NCBI RefSeq assembly: GCF_964204645.1
Contig: NC_134036.1
Coordinates: forward strand, 5,548,600-5,612,599
Source of the DNA: Tubulanus polymorphus
Lineage: Eukaryota; Animalia; Nemertea
Length of the DNA: 64,000 nt
Direction: 5' to 3'
The translations under genes were made by a program, and so were the position numbers. Positions 39,273 through 53,881 of this stretch are shown here, one piece after another. Position 1 is the stretch's first letter, and each line of letters begins with the position of its first letter. The notes beneath the pieces are model-generated. The model searched no databases. It worked only from the letters and a program-made list of their open reading frames with translations, and was not told where the DNA came from.

Positions 39273-39909
39273 CGGTGGCTGATAAGGGCCAAATGCATTG
39301 ATTTTTACACGACCTCGATTATAGAAAAATGCAAAACGAAACCTATAGAGCAAAAACGAATTTTTCAATTTTGCTACCGCGCAAAAACGAACTTTTCGTT
39401 TTTGCTAGGGCGCAAAAACGAAATATTATAGCGCAAAAACGAAAACATTTGTTTTTGCTTCATGATTTTTCGTTTTTGCTCCATAATATTCGTTTTTGCG
39501 CCCTAGCAAAAACGAACTTTCGTATTTGCTCTATTGAATTATTTTTCATATGACCTTGATTATAGAAAAATGCAAAATGAAAATCCATAAAGCAAAAATG
39601 GTTCGTTTTTGCCGGACTTGACTGCGCAAAAACGAAAAATCATGGAGCAAAAACGAATATTTTCGTTTTTGCTCTATAATATTTCCTTTTTGCGCGGTAG
39701 CGAAACGAAAGTTCGTTTTTGCTACGGTGCAAAAACGAATTTTATGGCGCAAAAAACATGAAATCATAATATTTCGTTTTGTGCGGTAAAATTAGTTTTT
39801 GCGCCCTAACAGAGCGAAGAGTTCGTTTTTGCTCTATAAGTTTCGTTTTGTGTTTTTCTATAATCGAGGTCGTGTGAAAATTATTGTATTTGGCACTTAT
39901 CAGCCACCG
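39273..39909. mobile_element. MITE family 1 copy (full length)
   Basis: Perfect TA-CGGTGG...CCACCG-TA ends. Confidence 0.8.
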
Positions 39910-40981
39910 TACTATTAGCCATCATCAGGCGTACGTAATGTGATTTTCCGGTCGATCTCTTACTCCTTCAACCAAACAAAAAACAAAAACAAAAGAAAAG
40001 TTAGTCAAAAGACAAATTATCTCTTTATGACACCAAACGAATTAGGTACACTGACTTCAATTATGGACGAGAGACCATCGCTTGTAATACGATTAAGCTA
40101 CTGTATACTTTAATTCAGGGTCGTAATCTCGAATAACAATAATAATAACAAACCTATAATAAGGCCTAATACTCCTTGACAAGTGACACAGTAAACATAC
40201 GACATACGGTTGATTCTAATTTCAAAATTGATTAGGTCAATCTTTTACGACTTAATTCAGAGTTTTATTAAGTTACTTTTTTCCTCAAGCTAAGCTCGAC
40301 TAAGATCGACTCACGACCCGATTATCTCGTCGTGAGATAAGAGCGGTTTTTAAAACGTGACCGCCGGTTACCGATCAATTCGTTGCATCGTCGTAATAGC
40401 GCTCAGGTCGACTACGACCCGATCGCCGCAGGCTTACTCTGTCGCTGATTTGCTACGATGGTTTGATCGGGTCGTGTAAAAGCAGAACTGGTTCTATCCT
40501 CGCGATTCGGCTTATACGACTGGTCTGCGATCAATTCGTCGCGAAGCGCACGGTTCCCGATGAAAATATGGCAGGTCCTTCAGACGAGATGATCGGGTCG
40601 CAAGTCGACCTGAGCTTAGCTTTCTTCTACATACGATTAATCCTGCCATCCAGCAAAATATGAACGCATGTATTATGCGTTTTTTTGTACGTTTGACGTT
40701 TGTACCGCTATGACCGTCAGCATTTAGCCTTTGAGTTTGTCAAATGAATTTCAAGTAAAATGATGCGAATCATGATTAATAAGTAGACTGAGACAACCTA
40801 AGGGGTCCACTAATGCTAAGCATATCGGTCAGAGTGAGCTGAAAATCAGTGATCCTACACGAGACACGTGGAGTTATACACATTGATATAAGTCGGGAAT
40901 TATGAGCGGAAGATATCATTTAAAAGATAGATCCATATGATCACCGCGTACTTCACGATATATTTCCAATAAATATGTTTA

Positions 40982-42793
40982 TCACTCAGATATGATTTGC
41001 AGGTGGACCACAACAGCGGAAGCTGCCATGTGTAACGTGCCATTTTCATCGACTGGAACTTTTCCCATATAAACACCGAGCGCGTCGTCCATGAACTCGG
41101 CTAGTTTCGATTCGGGAATTCGTTTTACGTGCGGTAAAATTGCGCCGAACCATTCTGAAAAAAATAACACGATATGTAATAATAGTAGAACGTTCTTTGT
41201 TTCGCTATCATCGAAGTATGGTTAAAATCATTGTCACGGTCCAAATAAGGCCCGGAACAATTAACTCGAGCTTGATTCGTTCCAATTCGCGGCCCGGACC
41301 AAATCGTCTCCGTGTGACCGCGCCTGAAGTCTCGCGACGCCAACGGGTCCGGAAAACAAATGAGGGAGGATGTTTTCAGTTATGGTTCACTAACGTTTTG
41401 CAGATTCGCGATCGGAAAATGTGTAATCACGAGTTGTGATTTCACAACGTTTAACAGCGAACCCCAATGATTCAGCCATTCGGCGATATCCACTGACTAT
41501 ATCCGGAGACCTCCATTCACTGTATTCCTCCCAGCTCGGCTCCAACGACCAGTCCGGTGTAAATCCCTACAGAAAAATAACTCGTCATTAGATCTGACTA
41601 TGAAATTAAAAACCTTTCAAAAATGAATGTCCTTATAAGGTAATGCATCATTCGAAAGATAAAATTGCTCTATCAACATTTTTTATAGCATATTTAAATC
41701 GTAAATCGGTCGAACGGTTAAGCTGCTAGCTTTGGAGAGAACCGTCATTATCAACATAATCTGCACTCAGATGGTTACAACATTTCGCACTGATGAATGA
41801 GTCATACCTGGAAATACGGAGACCATTTTTCCAATTTGTCTACATCGCACATGTGAACCATCATTGATGACGTAATCAGCACGAGGACGACTTCCCCGTT
41901 AACGGAGAGTAGACGTTTTATATTTTCCAAGTTCTTATATTGATTCGGAGTCCAGTGAAGAACCATGAACGACGTGACCAAGTCGAATTTCCGTCGCCAG
42001 TCCGCTCCGTACGAGTCGGGATCGGTCAAGTCGGCGACCAGGTATTCGATTTTAGGATTCGGATTTTTCGAACGGGCGAAATCGACCATAGATTCGTACT
42101 GGAATGCGATAGTGAAACAAACTATATAGATAAATAAACGCGATGTTTTTTTCCAATCCAGAATCAAATTCATTTTTCATTCATTGCTCGCGCATTTAGC
42201 AGGTCGGCCATTTTATGGTACAGCAAACATACAGCAAACATGCACACAAATTTTACCTCCCGTATAGAGACCACGGTGGGATCCCGGTTTGGCCATTGGC
42301 CGAAATCCCTGAGTTAGCTGATGTTTCCTTGTTACAACCAAAAGATTAATTTTTTGAATCGGAGAAATATCTAGGCCCGAAATATTACAATCCATTTATT
42401 TGAATGATGTAAGGCAAAGTGATACAATATAGCACTCTAGCTGAATTCCCTGCGTTTAGCAGGTTTTGGTTTGTCAAATTTGTCAAACCTGTGTCAATGC
42501 TGATTGGGCTAACGAAGGGTAACCTCTGAGCTGATGAACGATGCAGCTATGATATAACCCCCCCCCCCCATCTGACCAACAAAGCAGACTGTATTTACCT
42601 TATCAAAAGCGGTAAGATGTTCGACGTTGTCCAATTTACTCAGTATGGTATTAGTGACTTCACCGCTACCACAGCCTATATCCAATACATTACTGTAACC
42701 ACCCGGCTTGAAATCAATGGTCGATAAAATATTAGCGGCCCAATTTCTGTTGCCGTCGCTAGCATTCGAATAAAGTTCCGCGTTCGGATTCAT
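40982..42793 (-). CDS. MT5: JHAMT-like methyltransferase, 276 aa; exons 42599-42793, 41808-42098, 41395-41566, 40982-41154
   Basis: Intact copy; the stop is shifted by one codon (…QIISE*). Confidence 0.92.
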
Positions 42794-44130
42794 TCTGTAT
42801 CTTCCGCAAGCAAGAACTTTAGATTGAATTAGATCGAGCGAAAATGTTCGAGATCTCGCGGAAGTGTAGAACAGAACCGCGATTACGAGTAAGAGTTTAT
42901 GCGGGCGGTTTTGTGATTTTTTACGTTCTCTATAGAGAGCCGCTTTCAAAACGGATCGTGGCAATATAACGTAAGTTTCTATTGCGGTCAGGGAATAAAA
43001 AGTAGCGTTTGAATCGAAATGTCAACATAACTCTATTGATTTCCTTTCAAGAGGAAAGACTTGTCGCTTGTCTATTGAAACCATTCTTTAGAGATTTATT
43101 CGGCGTTATTAGGTAAAAAAAAAAAACATGACTGATATAATCTCGGAATTGGGACGAGCAAACGTATAAGACGAAGAATCGATTTTATCGATTAGAATAT
43201 AGGTCAATAAATGTCTAGACAAATTCTTGAACGTCTAGCAACGTGAAAATATTATCACTATATCGCTATAAGCACGCGTCGGTGTGAACCGATGTACTCC
43301 TCTGGATTTGCATACGCGAAACACTACTTGCTCCTCGAAATCTAAAAAGAATGACAGTTATAGAAACTACAAAAGAATACTGACGTTTTGACTCAATTCT
43401 ATGCGAAAAAAAAATAGTCCTACCGTCGGTGTTTTACTCCGTAATCGAGGGATTTAATTTTCAATCGAATTATAGAAATTCGATTTAATTTCGATGCGCT
43501 TATAACGATGACGTAGTACACAGCGACTCACACAGAACCCGCAGACAACGCGGACTGGAGATCGATGTGTGTAAACATTATTGTAACGGTTTTTAAGGCG
43601 ACACAAATAGGACGCGAACAAAACGAATGCACGCCTATTTGAACAGAGCTTACATTATGCAAACTAATGCAAATCCTGTAGAATAGATGAGGCGATGATA
43701 TGCGTCAGCTCGAAATCAGTTCTCGGTAAATACATTTCATATGCGTCAGCTCGAAAATATTCATCTTTTTCCTGCATTCGCACTGGTCGGCCGTACTTTC
43801 TCGAAAACCTTTCTATTTTCCTTGTAAAAGACATAAAATCCGTTTATAGTTCTTTTTCGTTCTATTGTGTATCTGAAAGTCTCTTATGATGTCGATTTGA
43901 AAATAGACTTCTTGAAGTAAATACTTGACTTTCTATAAACCTCGTCTCGAATTGATAGAATTACAATTTCATTAAAAATTTAGATTTCTCCTATAAAAAG
44001 GGGCGCATCGATCTATCTCGATCTATCCAAAAATGGGAGAAACGGAACGATAAAAAGATGTTAAACATTTTTCTTTTGTTTTTATTTGAAGTAACCAGGA
44101 TTAAACTAGATAGATTGGTGTATCGATTTT

Positions 44131-45907
44131 TTAGAAGTTCAAAAGAAAGTTGAAATGGCCCGTTGAACATCTATCGATACAACGCGCATACAAACAGTTT
44201 CTCTTGCATACTCTGTACTTAGGATCATCCCAACGAAGATGAGGGCAGTCTCGCTTGCAACCTTCGTTGCACAAGAAACACATAAATGAAAATGAATCAG
44301 TGACCATCAGCAAAACTAAAACTACCACATACTGAAAATAAAGGAAATCATCAAGCGATGTACGTTTTCTGAGAACATTGTTTATCCAAAAAAACTCGAT
44401 TGTTAACATGTTTCAATTCATACACAAATGGATGCAGAAACGGAAGAGTGCCGATGCGAGGAGAGGAGTCCACTCTGGCCTGGTGGGCACAAAGTCATGA
44501 GGATTCTACCCGTAGTAGATGATCATCCACCAGATGTATCACTTATGTACAGCAGATAATCAATTGCTGCGGCAACGACGGCTTTAACTCACGGCGAAAT
44601 AGGATTCACCAGGTGTCGCTGGCAGAACATCGATGACAGGATAAAGCAGATTTCGAAATTCATGTTTGGCGATCAAGAGCTAGATGTAGTTGAGGATTAT
44701 GTATTGCTTGGAGTGAAATTTAACTGGACTGGTAGCTTTGCAAAATCAAGAAAATACCCTTATGATAAAGCAACGAGAGCTATGTTTTCGATCGTTCAAA
44801 AAGGCAGGCGCTTCAAACTTCATGTAGATGTTGTGTTCAAGCTATTTGATATGTGTGTCGCTCCTATCGCTATGTATGGATGCGAGGTTTGGGGGTTTGC
44901 AAATCTTGATTTATTAGAGAATCTCCACTAGTTGTACTGTAAAATCTGAATGAAAGTGACAGAATACACTCGTAATCTGCAAGAGTGTTATCAGAACTAG
45001 GGCATTATCCTTTATGTATACAGGTCAAACGTAGAATGATTAATTCTTGGATAAAGACAGTATCGGGAAAGGGAACTAACTGACTTAAACTCAATCCTTT
45101 ATAAAATGCCTTTCAATCTGTATCTAAACAATAAACATAAGAGTCAATAAAAAATCTTTTGATGATTGTGGTTTATCTCATATTTGGACACAACAATTTA
45201 TGGCGAACAGTAGGACCTTCTCAAGTCGAATAAAACACACTCTTCGTGATCAACACCTTCGAAATACCGTTTCAAAAGTAGACGCTAATCCGATATACAT
45301 TAATTTTATGCAATACAAAAATGATATTGAATTAGAAAGGTATATTAGTGAACTTGACGAGGATTTAGTAATGATTCTATTAAAATTAAGATCTAGGTCT
45401 AATCTCATGTCTGTAAATAAATTATCAAACCTTCCGTTAGATAGAGATGATTGATTATGTTCGGCTTGCGATGTTTTTGGTGATGAATTGCGTTTTATTT
45501 TTAACTGCAACCCACTGAATGAAATGCGTGAAAATATTTTGAATTTGAACTCATGGTATTCTAAAAAAAATCCTACAATCCACTTTGCAAAATTCTTCAA
45601 AAAAAGGCTTAGATGTATATAGATCTCTCCCCCCCCCCCCCAATAATAAGTATATCGTAAATAGAGTATGAATGTATTATCAATAATTTTGTTATATTTT
45701 GAAGACAAGTTTATATTCTCTGTTAATTGTAAATATTGTATACTTTGTATAAGTCTCCCTCCATGTACCATAGAAATGGTACATGGAGCGGTGAATAAAA
45801 TCCTAATCCTAATCCTAATCATAATCCTTGCTGTGGAAATAGAGGACTCGACGACAGTTTTACAAACAAGAACTATCAAAACGTGAATGCATTACCTTTG
45901 AAGACAT
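44131..45907 (-). CDS. Peptide B3 (same protein as B2); exons 45896-45907 and 44131-44331
   Basis: Identical protein to B2; conserved splice sites. Confidence 0.85.
44635..45828 (+). mobile_element. LINE 3' fragment in the peptide B3 intron (longest copy)
   Basis: Retains ~250 bp (~44930-45180) that is deleted in B1, B2 and B4. Confidence 0.82.
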
Positions 45908-47526
45908 TTTCCACGAGTACGTGTACAACGATGCGACCAGACGATAGCAGTTTATACAGCGAAAATAATATTCGATTAAACTATTTAAATAATGCAGACG
46001 TTTCAATCGGTTTCAATTCTCTTTGTCTCTATCACTCAGACGCACTAGAATCGGTATCGTATATCACCATCGCCCGATATCATATGTATTGCAGTTTAGC
46101 AGCTGTGTTAGGAGTGTTAAGAATTTTTCTTTGTTTTCGATTTAGAAATACTAAACAATTTAAACTATAAGTATAGATTCTAAAGATACGTCTTCTAGAT
46201 AAGAGTGATGTAGTTCTCAAACCTACGAATTCATCGAAATTGCGATGGTCGTCATTTGTAAATGATTGGAATTTTACAAATCGCTGGCTTCATTGAGAAT
46301 GAGAAAAGTCGTCATTACTATATAATCATAATCTAATGGAATCATTTCGAATCACGAAAGCCATAGTAAACTAGAGAGTCGTCATGGACACTTAACAATA
46401 TTTTACAGAATGAATCGTTGACATAATCGAAAACGATAAATTCGCAGAAAACCCAGTTATTTGTCTGATGATTTTTCTTTTCTTTCCCTTTTTCAGCATG
46501 CGAGGATCCATAAAGTGTATATACATTCGTCTAACAGCTTGTAATCGTAATTAAACTCTTGCAGAAATAAAACCGACGCCCTCGAAGCAAAACATCATAT
46601 GTACATACAGCTCATCCTATTTTTACGTAGTACCGGTAACTTACAGAGAACACCGTCAAGAAATAAAGAACTGCCGTGGATCACTTGACATTTGTGTAGA
46701 TTCTCGTGTACGGTTACGTTGTAACGTCATTTTCATGTCAAAGAAATGTCCAAACCAGGTATCTATTTCAGAAACATTCTCCATTTACTGTGATTATGAA
46801 ATCCAGTTCGAAAACCGCAGCAATGAATTTTTAGTTCGAATGTGAACAGGAGCGGGAACTCGATTAATCGCTGCTTTGCAACTACTAGATTTCAGTCTTC
46901 GTTTATGAGTCCATATTTCATTTTCCTTCCATTAGTGGAACTAGCAGTATCAAATACAATTGTTTTAAATCTAAGCCTATATTTATTGAGAATATTACGG
47001 AATACCATATCTTCAGCCAGTCTGTAGAAACCCTTTGATGCTGTTTTGCAGCTATATTTGTTTTCCCCATTCATTTCCTTTTTTACATTACTGCCTATCG
47101 CTTCTGCATTCTGAGAACTGCGATGTCACTATAGACGAAGGGTGAACGAATACTTTGTAAAAACCGCTTATAACTCCTATTATTTCTGCAAAATTAATAA
47201 TACTCACTTTTCACAGCTGATTAATTTCACTGCTTATGATAACATTTGACGGTAACATACGATACCGGTTCGAGTACGTATGAGTGATAGAGGGTGTTTG
47301 AACAGCTAAAACATCTGCATCAATTCAAAATTTGTATTGATTATGAACTGTCACTCGGTCTCGGGCTCTCTCCGTTCCTGTTCAACCTGCCAACGTGTTG
47401 ATATGCGTGAAGTAGAATAGAAATATACACCACATCGACTGCACCAATGCGAGAAATCTACGGAAGAACATACTAACATATTTACATACTTACCCTGGTG
47501 TCGTGCTAATCGATTCAATGAGTCGT

Positions 47527-47700
47527 TTAGTTGAGCCTTTCGATACGCAGGTAATCGTACAAAAATCTAATTAAAGCGATCTCACCACTACCGCAGCCTA
47601 AATCCAATACATTCCTGTAACCAATGGTCGATAAAACTTTAGCGGCCCAACTTCTCGTGCCAGCGCTAGCATTCGAATAAAGTTCCGCGTTCGGATTCAT
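47527..47700 (-). pseudogene. Methyltransferase exon 1 relic
   Basis: MNPNAELYSNASAGTRSWAAKVLSTIGYRNVLDLGCGSGEIALIRFLYDYLRIERLN*. Confidence 0.85.
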
Positions 47701-50127
47701 TCCGGTGCTTTCTTATTCGTGCGCGAACGTATTGCTAAGATTGCGCGAATTGTTTCGAAATCTTGCAGTAGTGAAAAAAATGAACTATCAACGCGTTCAT
47801 GCATTATACGTTTGGAGAAATGTTTCTCCGATTCTCAAGATCTCGGCTCAATAGCGTTTGCAAAGTCCACAGAATTCTATTCAACCACGTGTACGTGTAC
47901 AATATCGTCCAATAATGTAACATCGTAATGAAAATAAATTTCAATTTCAATTTCAATTTTACAACGGTGCGACCAGACGATTTATATAGAGAGAAATGGA
48001 TATTTAATCAAACTGTTGAAATAATGCGGCTGATTCGATTGCTTTCAATTCTCTTTAGCTCTATTACTCAGACGTACTCAAATCGGTATCGTGCATCATA
48101 TGTGCTAGGTGCATTAACAGTTTTGTTTGTTTCCAAGTTATAAATACGAAATCGTTTAAACTATCATAATAAATTCTTAATCACACGTCTACTAAAGCGG
48201 CATAATTCTGGAATCTCTGAAACCGTCGAGACGGAGACGGTCGTCATTAAGTAATTGATTCCTCGTTTACAAAATTGTTGAAGTTTTGAGAATTGAACGA
48301 CTGAGTGATAGAAGGAACATCTGTGTAATTTCATCATTTTAACTAAAATATAAAGTCTCCGCTCGAGAAAGGGCTGACTTTTATAGACACATTTGTTTAC
48401 GTACATGTCGGAATTTCAAACGTTGTAAACATTTCAACTAAAACGCGCCATAGCCTTACAAAGGCTTATAGGATATACACGAAAGTATCAAAGTCGTTAC
48501 ATGTTACTCATGGCAGACATGTTTAGGGTAATGGTACTAATCTGCTGGTTTTAGTAGTAGGAGCTCCCATATGTTTAAATTCATTAGGTTCTGTTTTGCG
48601 CAATTATTCATCAACTTTTTGCGTACATTCTCGAGGCAGGCAGAGTTAAAAACCGATTCGCATAGATCCTCCAACAGCCTCTGGGGTGTTTTCTCTTTTC
48701 ATGGAAATGGAAGATTATTGTTAGACGTCGGCTGTATCGTCGAGGGAAATACGCCAACACGAGACTTATGTCGTCAAAACGAGAATAAAGTCGTGAAAAT
48801 GAGAATTAAGTCGTCAAACCGAGATTAAACTCGTCAAGTCAAGAATAATGTCTTCAAAACGAGAATAAAGTCGTTGAAATCGAGAATAACCTCGTCAAAA
48901 CGACAAAAAGTCACCAAAAAAAAACAAATTAGATGCTGCTTCTACGGCGTTAGAAGCATCATTGGTTATAATATCGTTAAGAGCCCTCTCGTCGAGGGGG
49001 CCCAAAGATGAAACAGACATAGAGATGCTTAAGGTTATCACCTGCCATAATGATTTAGTCACGATCCATCGTGGTTAGTAATTCGGTCACAATAAAAGGG
49101 TTTAATACGCTTCGTGAAATCGATCCACGATCAGTAAAAGTAATACGTTCAAATATCAATTACTGCACACAATCTGATAGAAATTACTGCCTTTACCTTT
49201 TGATTATCTTCAATTTCTGTCGTTGTCCCGATAGGCCTCTCGTACTGTACAGCGCATTGCTATATTTTTCTTTTTTTTCGATTGGTACCTGTATAAAGCA
49301 AAATAATATGATCTTAAAAATATATGTGTGGTATTGGTTACGCTGAACATCCAAAATCATGGTCTCATTTTTGAATTTAAAAGTCAAGTTAAATCCTATC
49401 TTATAAATTTAAATTACAATAAATAAGAACTGGGTGCAGTCCACAGAGTTTAGCAGTTTCGAGAAAGACGGATTGATTTGGAGTTAACTCGATGAAAATC
49501 GACTGGTTTTTTTACTTCAGCATTTTTCTAACAGCGTTACAACCGGGTTCTTTTCTGGTTCTCACAAAAAATGATCATATCCTAAACCGATTTGAGATCA
49601 ACGGAATCGATGAATGAATCCAATCGATTCCTTTTTAGGTAGACCTTTTTGGTGAAACTGGACCCAGAGTGTACATTCAGCTCATCCCCGTGACGTTCGA
49701 ACTCGAACGCGATTAACTAGTTATCTGTTTTCGTCAATAATTTCTTGATCAAATGCGTCAGCTCGAAAATATGCATATTTTATTCTGTATTCTCACTGGT
49801 CGGTAGTACTTGAAGTACCTTTGTATTTTTCTTTGTAAAATACATACAATCAGTGTATAGTTCTGTCCCATTGCATTGTTTAATTTTATAGTCTCTTATG
49901 ATGTCTAATTGAAAATACTTATATTAAAAATAAGTAAAACACTTGACTTTGTATACCCCTCGTGTCGACACGTGGAATAATTCCATTTCAATTTCAATTA
50001 CTCTGACAAAACGGGGCCATCGATCTATTTCCCTTCACCGAGGAATCATAATCGTTCGCGTCGAATAGAAAAAAAACAAAAATCGAGAAACGAAACGAAA
50101 CGAAACAAAACGAGACGAAAATAGATG

Positions 50128-50488
50128 TTAAACATGTTTTAATTTAAAGTCACCAGGATTATACCCTCGATAGCGAATCTTCCAGTCTGACCCACAACCA
50201 GGACACATCCGAACCTCACACTTTGCCTTGCAATCTTTATACTTAGGAAAATCGTAATTATAATAAGGACTGCAGTAGCCGCAGTTCCTGTTGACGCAAA
50301 GGGAACACATGAAAAACCCACTTGAATTAGCAAAACCAGTGACCATCAAAACAAAAAATAACAGATACTGAAAATAGAATAAATCAGGTGTTGTACATTT
50401 CTGTGAAAAGTACGTTATTCATACAAAAAATACACGATCCCTAAAGTGTTTCAATTCACACATACACACACGCACGCACGCACGCACG

Positions 50489-50520
<32 letters not shown>

Positions 50521-50835
50521 TGAATGCGTAAACGGAAGAGGACTGAGGCGAGGAGAAGACTCCGCTGTGGCCTGATAGCCACACGGTGATTCAACCCGTG
50601 GTAGATAAGGATCAACCATTGTTTTACTTGTGTGCAGTAGATCATACTACTGCGACAACACAGGCATTAACCCACGGCGAAACGGGATTCACCATATGTC
50701 GCTAGTGTGCGGTAAAACGTGGCCTACTGCGCAACGGGATGTTTAGCTCAGGACGTGACCGGGTGTCGCTAGCGAATATATATTTATAGAAATATAAATT
50801 ACAAACAAGAACTATGCATTTACCTTCGATGACAT
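50128..50835 (-). CDS. Peptide C3 (same protein as C1); exons 50824-50835 and 50128-50367
   Basis: Same protein as C1; silent TCA>TCG change in exon 1. Confidence 0.85.
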
Positions 50836-53101
50836 GTTTCTCCGATTCGCTAGATCTCAACTCAAACGTGTTTGTGAAGTCTACAAATTCCTTCTGACAA
50901 CCGCGTGTACGTGTACAACGGTGCGACCAAACGATAGCGGTTTATATGGAGAGACATAATATTTTGATCGAACTATTGAAATCAAGCAGACGTTTCAATT
51001 GGGTTCAATTCTCTTTGTCTCTATCACTCAGACGCACTCGAATCGGTATCGTATATCACCATCGCCCGATATCATATGCGTTAAATTTTAGCAGCTGTGT
51101 TAGGAGTATTAAGAATTTTTCGATGTTTCCGAGTTAATTATACTAAACATTTTAAACTATTATCATATGTTCTTCAATAGCCGTCTTCTAGATAAGAGTG
51201 ATATCGTTCTCGAATCTTCGAATTCATCGAGACTGCGACGGTCGTCATTTGTAAATGAGTTGAATTTTACAAATCGCTGGCTTTATTGTTATTGAGAAAA
51301 GTCGTCGCTATATAATCATAAAATCTAATGGAATCATATTGAATCAAAAAAGCCACTGTGAAGATCGTCGTAGTTATTTCACAGAGTAGTTGACGTATTC
51401 GAAAACGAGAAATTCGCAGAAAACCCAGTTATTTTTGGTTATTTCGCGCAGCTTCTTAACGTTGTATTAGATTATGGCTGGAATATAACAAGGCTCTTTG
51501 AACGAGTGAATTCTATGTACACAGTCCATCCTATTTTAAAGCAGTTACTGAGAACAGAAATAAAACCGTGGATCACTTGATATTTGTGTAGGAAATCTCG
51601 TGCAGGCTTATGTTTGTGCGTCAAAGAAATGTTTCCGAGAATATCTTAACCGGGTATTTATTTCATTAACATTGACATTTTCTTTGATAACGAAATCCAG
51701 TTCGAATCCGCAGCAATGAATTTTTAGTGCGAATGTGAACTGGCGCGGAAAGTCGGTATCGCCGCTTTGTAACTACTTGATTTCTTCGTTTCAGAGTCCA
51801 TATTTCATAATCCTTTCATAAGTGTTGGGGGACTAACAGAAACATGCATTTCGAATAAACTTGTAAACTCTAAGCCTACATTTATTGAGAACATTAGAGA
51901 ATACGGTACGATCATTTTTGCCAATTTTCAGAAACTTTTCGACGCTACTTTTCGACGCTGCTTTGCAGCTATGTTTGTTTTTTTTTTTCATTTCCTTTCC
52001 CCCATTCTACATAACTGCATGTTCGCGAAATCAATTGTGAATTCAATTTGGTTTCTAAAACAGACAAGTTACTAAACACGATCTTATCACTCCCTATCGC
52101 TTCAAAATTCTGAGAACCGCGATGTCGCTATAGAGGAAGGGTCAACGAAGAAGCAGTAGAAAACGCTTTATACTCGTATGACATAATCGTAACATACGAT
52201 ACCGGTTCGAGTGCGTCTGAGTGATAGAGGGAATTTGAACAGATAAAACATCTGCATCACTTCACACAATTGTTATTGATTATGAACTGTCACTCACTCT
52301 CCGGTTCTCTCCCTCCCTCTCTATTCCAACGGCAAACTCGTTCATATGCGTGAAGCGGAATAGTAGAATAGGAATAAACATTACATCGACTTCACTAATG
52401 CCCGAAATCTGAGATCTAAACAGTCGCGAAAGGTTTGATAATAATTCATTAATGATTTATTCTAATATCTATTTATACAATGTGCTCATTGGCTTTACAC
52501 CATATATATTAATAGCAATAAACATTACATCGACTTTTCCAATGCCAGATATTTGAAATCTACACAGTCGCGAAAGGTTTTAATAATAATTCTATAATAA
52601 TTTATTCTGCCTAAAATCCATATACAATATGCGCATTGGCTTAAAATCATATATAAAGGGGAACAGAGGAACAGAAAACTAAATCGAGTTTTATTAAAAG
52701 CTTTGATAGTTCCAGATAATTCCCTTTATTTCACAATATGTTCAACTGTCTATTTACTGCGGAAGGACATAACAGCCAACAGTAAGGAGCATGGATACAT
52801 GATCGTCAACCAAAATTTAAATGCAATGCTATCAGAATTAACCTATTCAAAATATCCCCACAAAGCATTGTCGTGAAAAAATAGTATTCTTGCAATTCCA
52901 CATCAGCATTAGTCTAATAACACGCCCTTTTAACCGAAGACAAATTCTTTATCTAGTAAAGTCTGAGCCTCATATTTCAGAAAAGGATTTTGTATCTTAA
53001 AGAATTCGTCAGTATTATGATTGTGTTGAGACTAGAAGATACACAATATCCGTGTAAGATGATAACGAGAGAAATCCCGCAACGAATTCAGCAAAAACGT
53101 A

Positions 53102-53520
53102 CGGTGGCTGATAAGGGCCAAATGCATTGATTTTTACACGACCTCGATTATAGAAAAATGCAAAACGAAACCTATAGAGCAAAAACGAATTTTTCGTTTT
53201 TGCTCCATAATATTCGTTTTTGCGCCCTAGCAAAAACGAACTTTCGTATTTGCTCTATTGAATTATTTTTCATATGACCTTGATTATAGAAAAATGCAAA
53301 ATGAAAATCCATAAAGCAAAAAATGGTTCGTTTTTGCCGAACTTTACTGCGCAAAAACGAAAAATCATGGAGCAAGAACGAATATTTTCGTTTTTGCTCT
53401 ATAATATTTCCTTTTTGCGCGGTAGCGAAGCGAAAGTTCGTTTTTTGCTACGGTGCAAAAACGAATTTTATGGCGCAAAAACGAGATGATCGGGTCGCAA
53501 GTCGACCTGAGCTTAGCTTT
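53102..53520. mobile_element. Fusion of the MITE family 1 left part and the family 2 right end
   Basis: Junction ggcgcaaaaACgagatgatcggg at ~53482; about 0.8 kb deleted relative to the other units. Confidence 0.75.
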
Positions 53521-53881
53521 CTTCTACATACGATTAATCCTGCCATCCAGCAAAATATGAATGCATGTATTATGCGTTTTTTTGTACGTTTGACGTTTGT
53601 ACCGCTATGACCGTCAGCATTTAGCCTCGAGTTTGTCAAATGAATTTCAAGTAAAATGACGCGAATCATGATTAATAAGTAGACTGAGACAACCTAAGGG
53701 GTCAACTAATGCTTAAGCATATCGGTCAGAGTGAGCTGATAATCAGTGATCCTACACGAGACACGTGGAGTTATACACATTGATATAAGTCGGGAATTAT
53801 GAGCGGAAGATATCATTTAAAAGATAGATCCATATGATCACCGCGTACTTCACGATATATTTCCAATAAATATGTTTATCG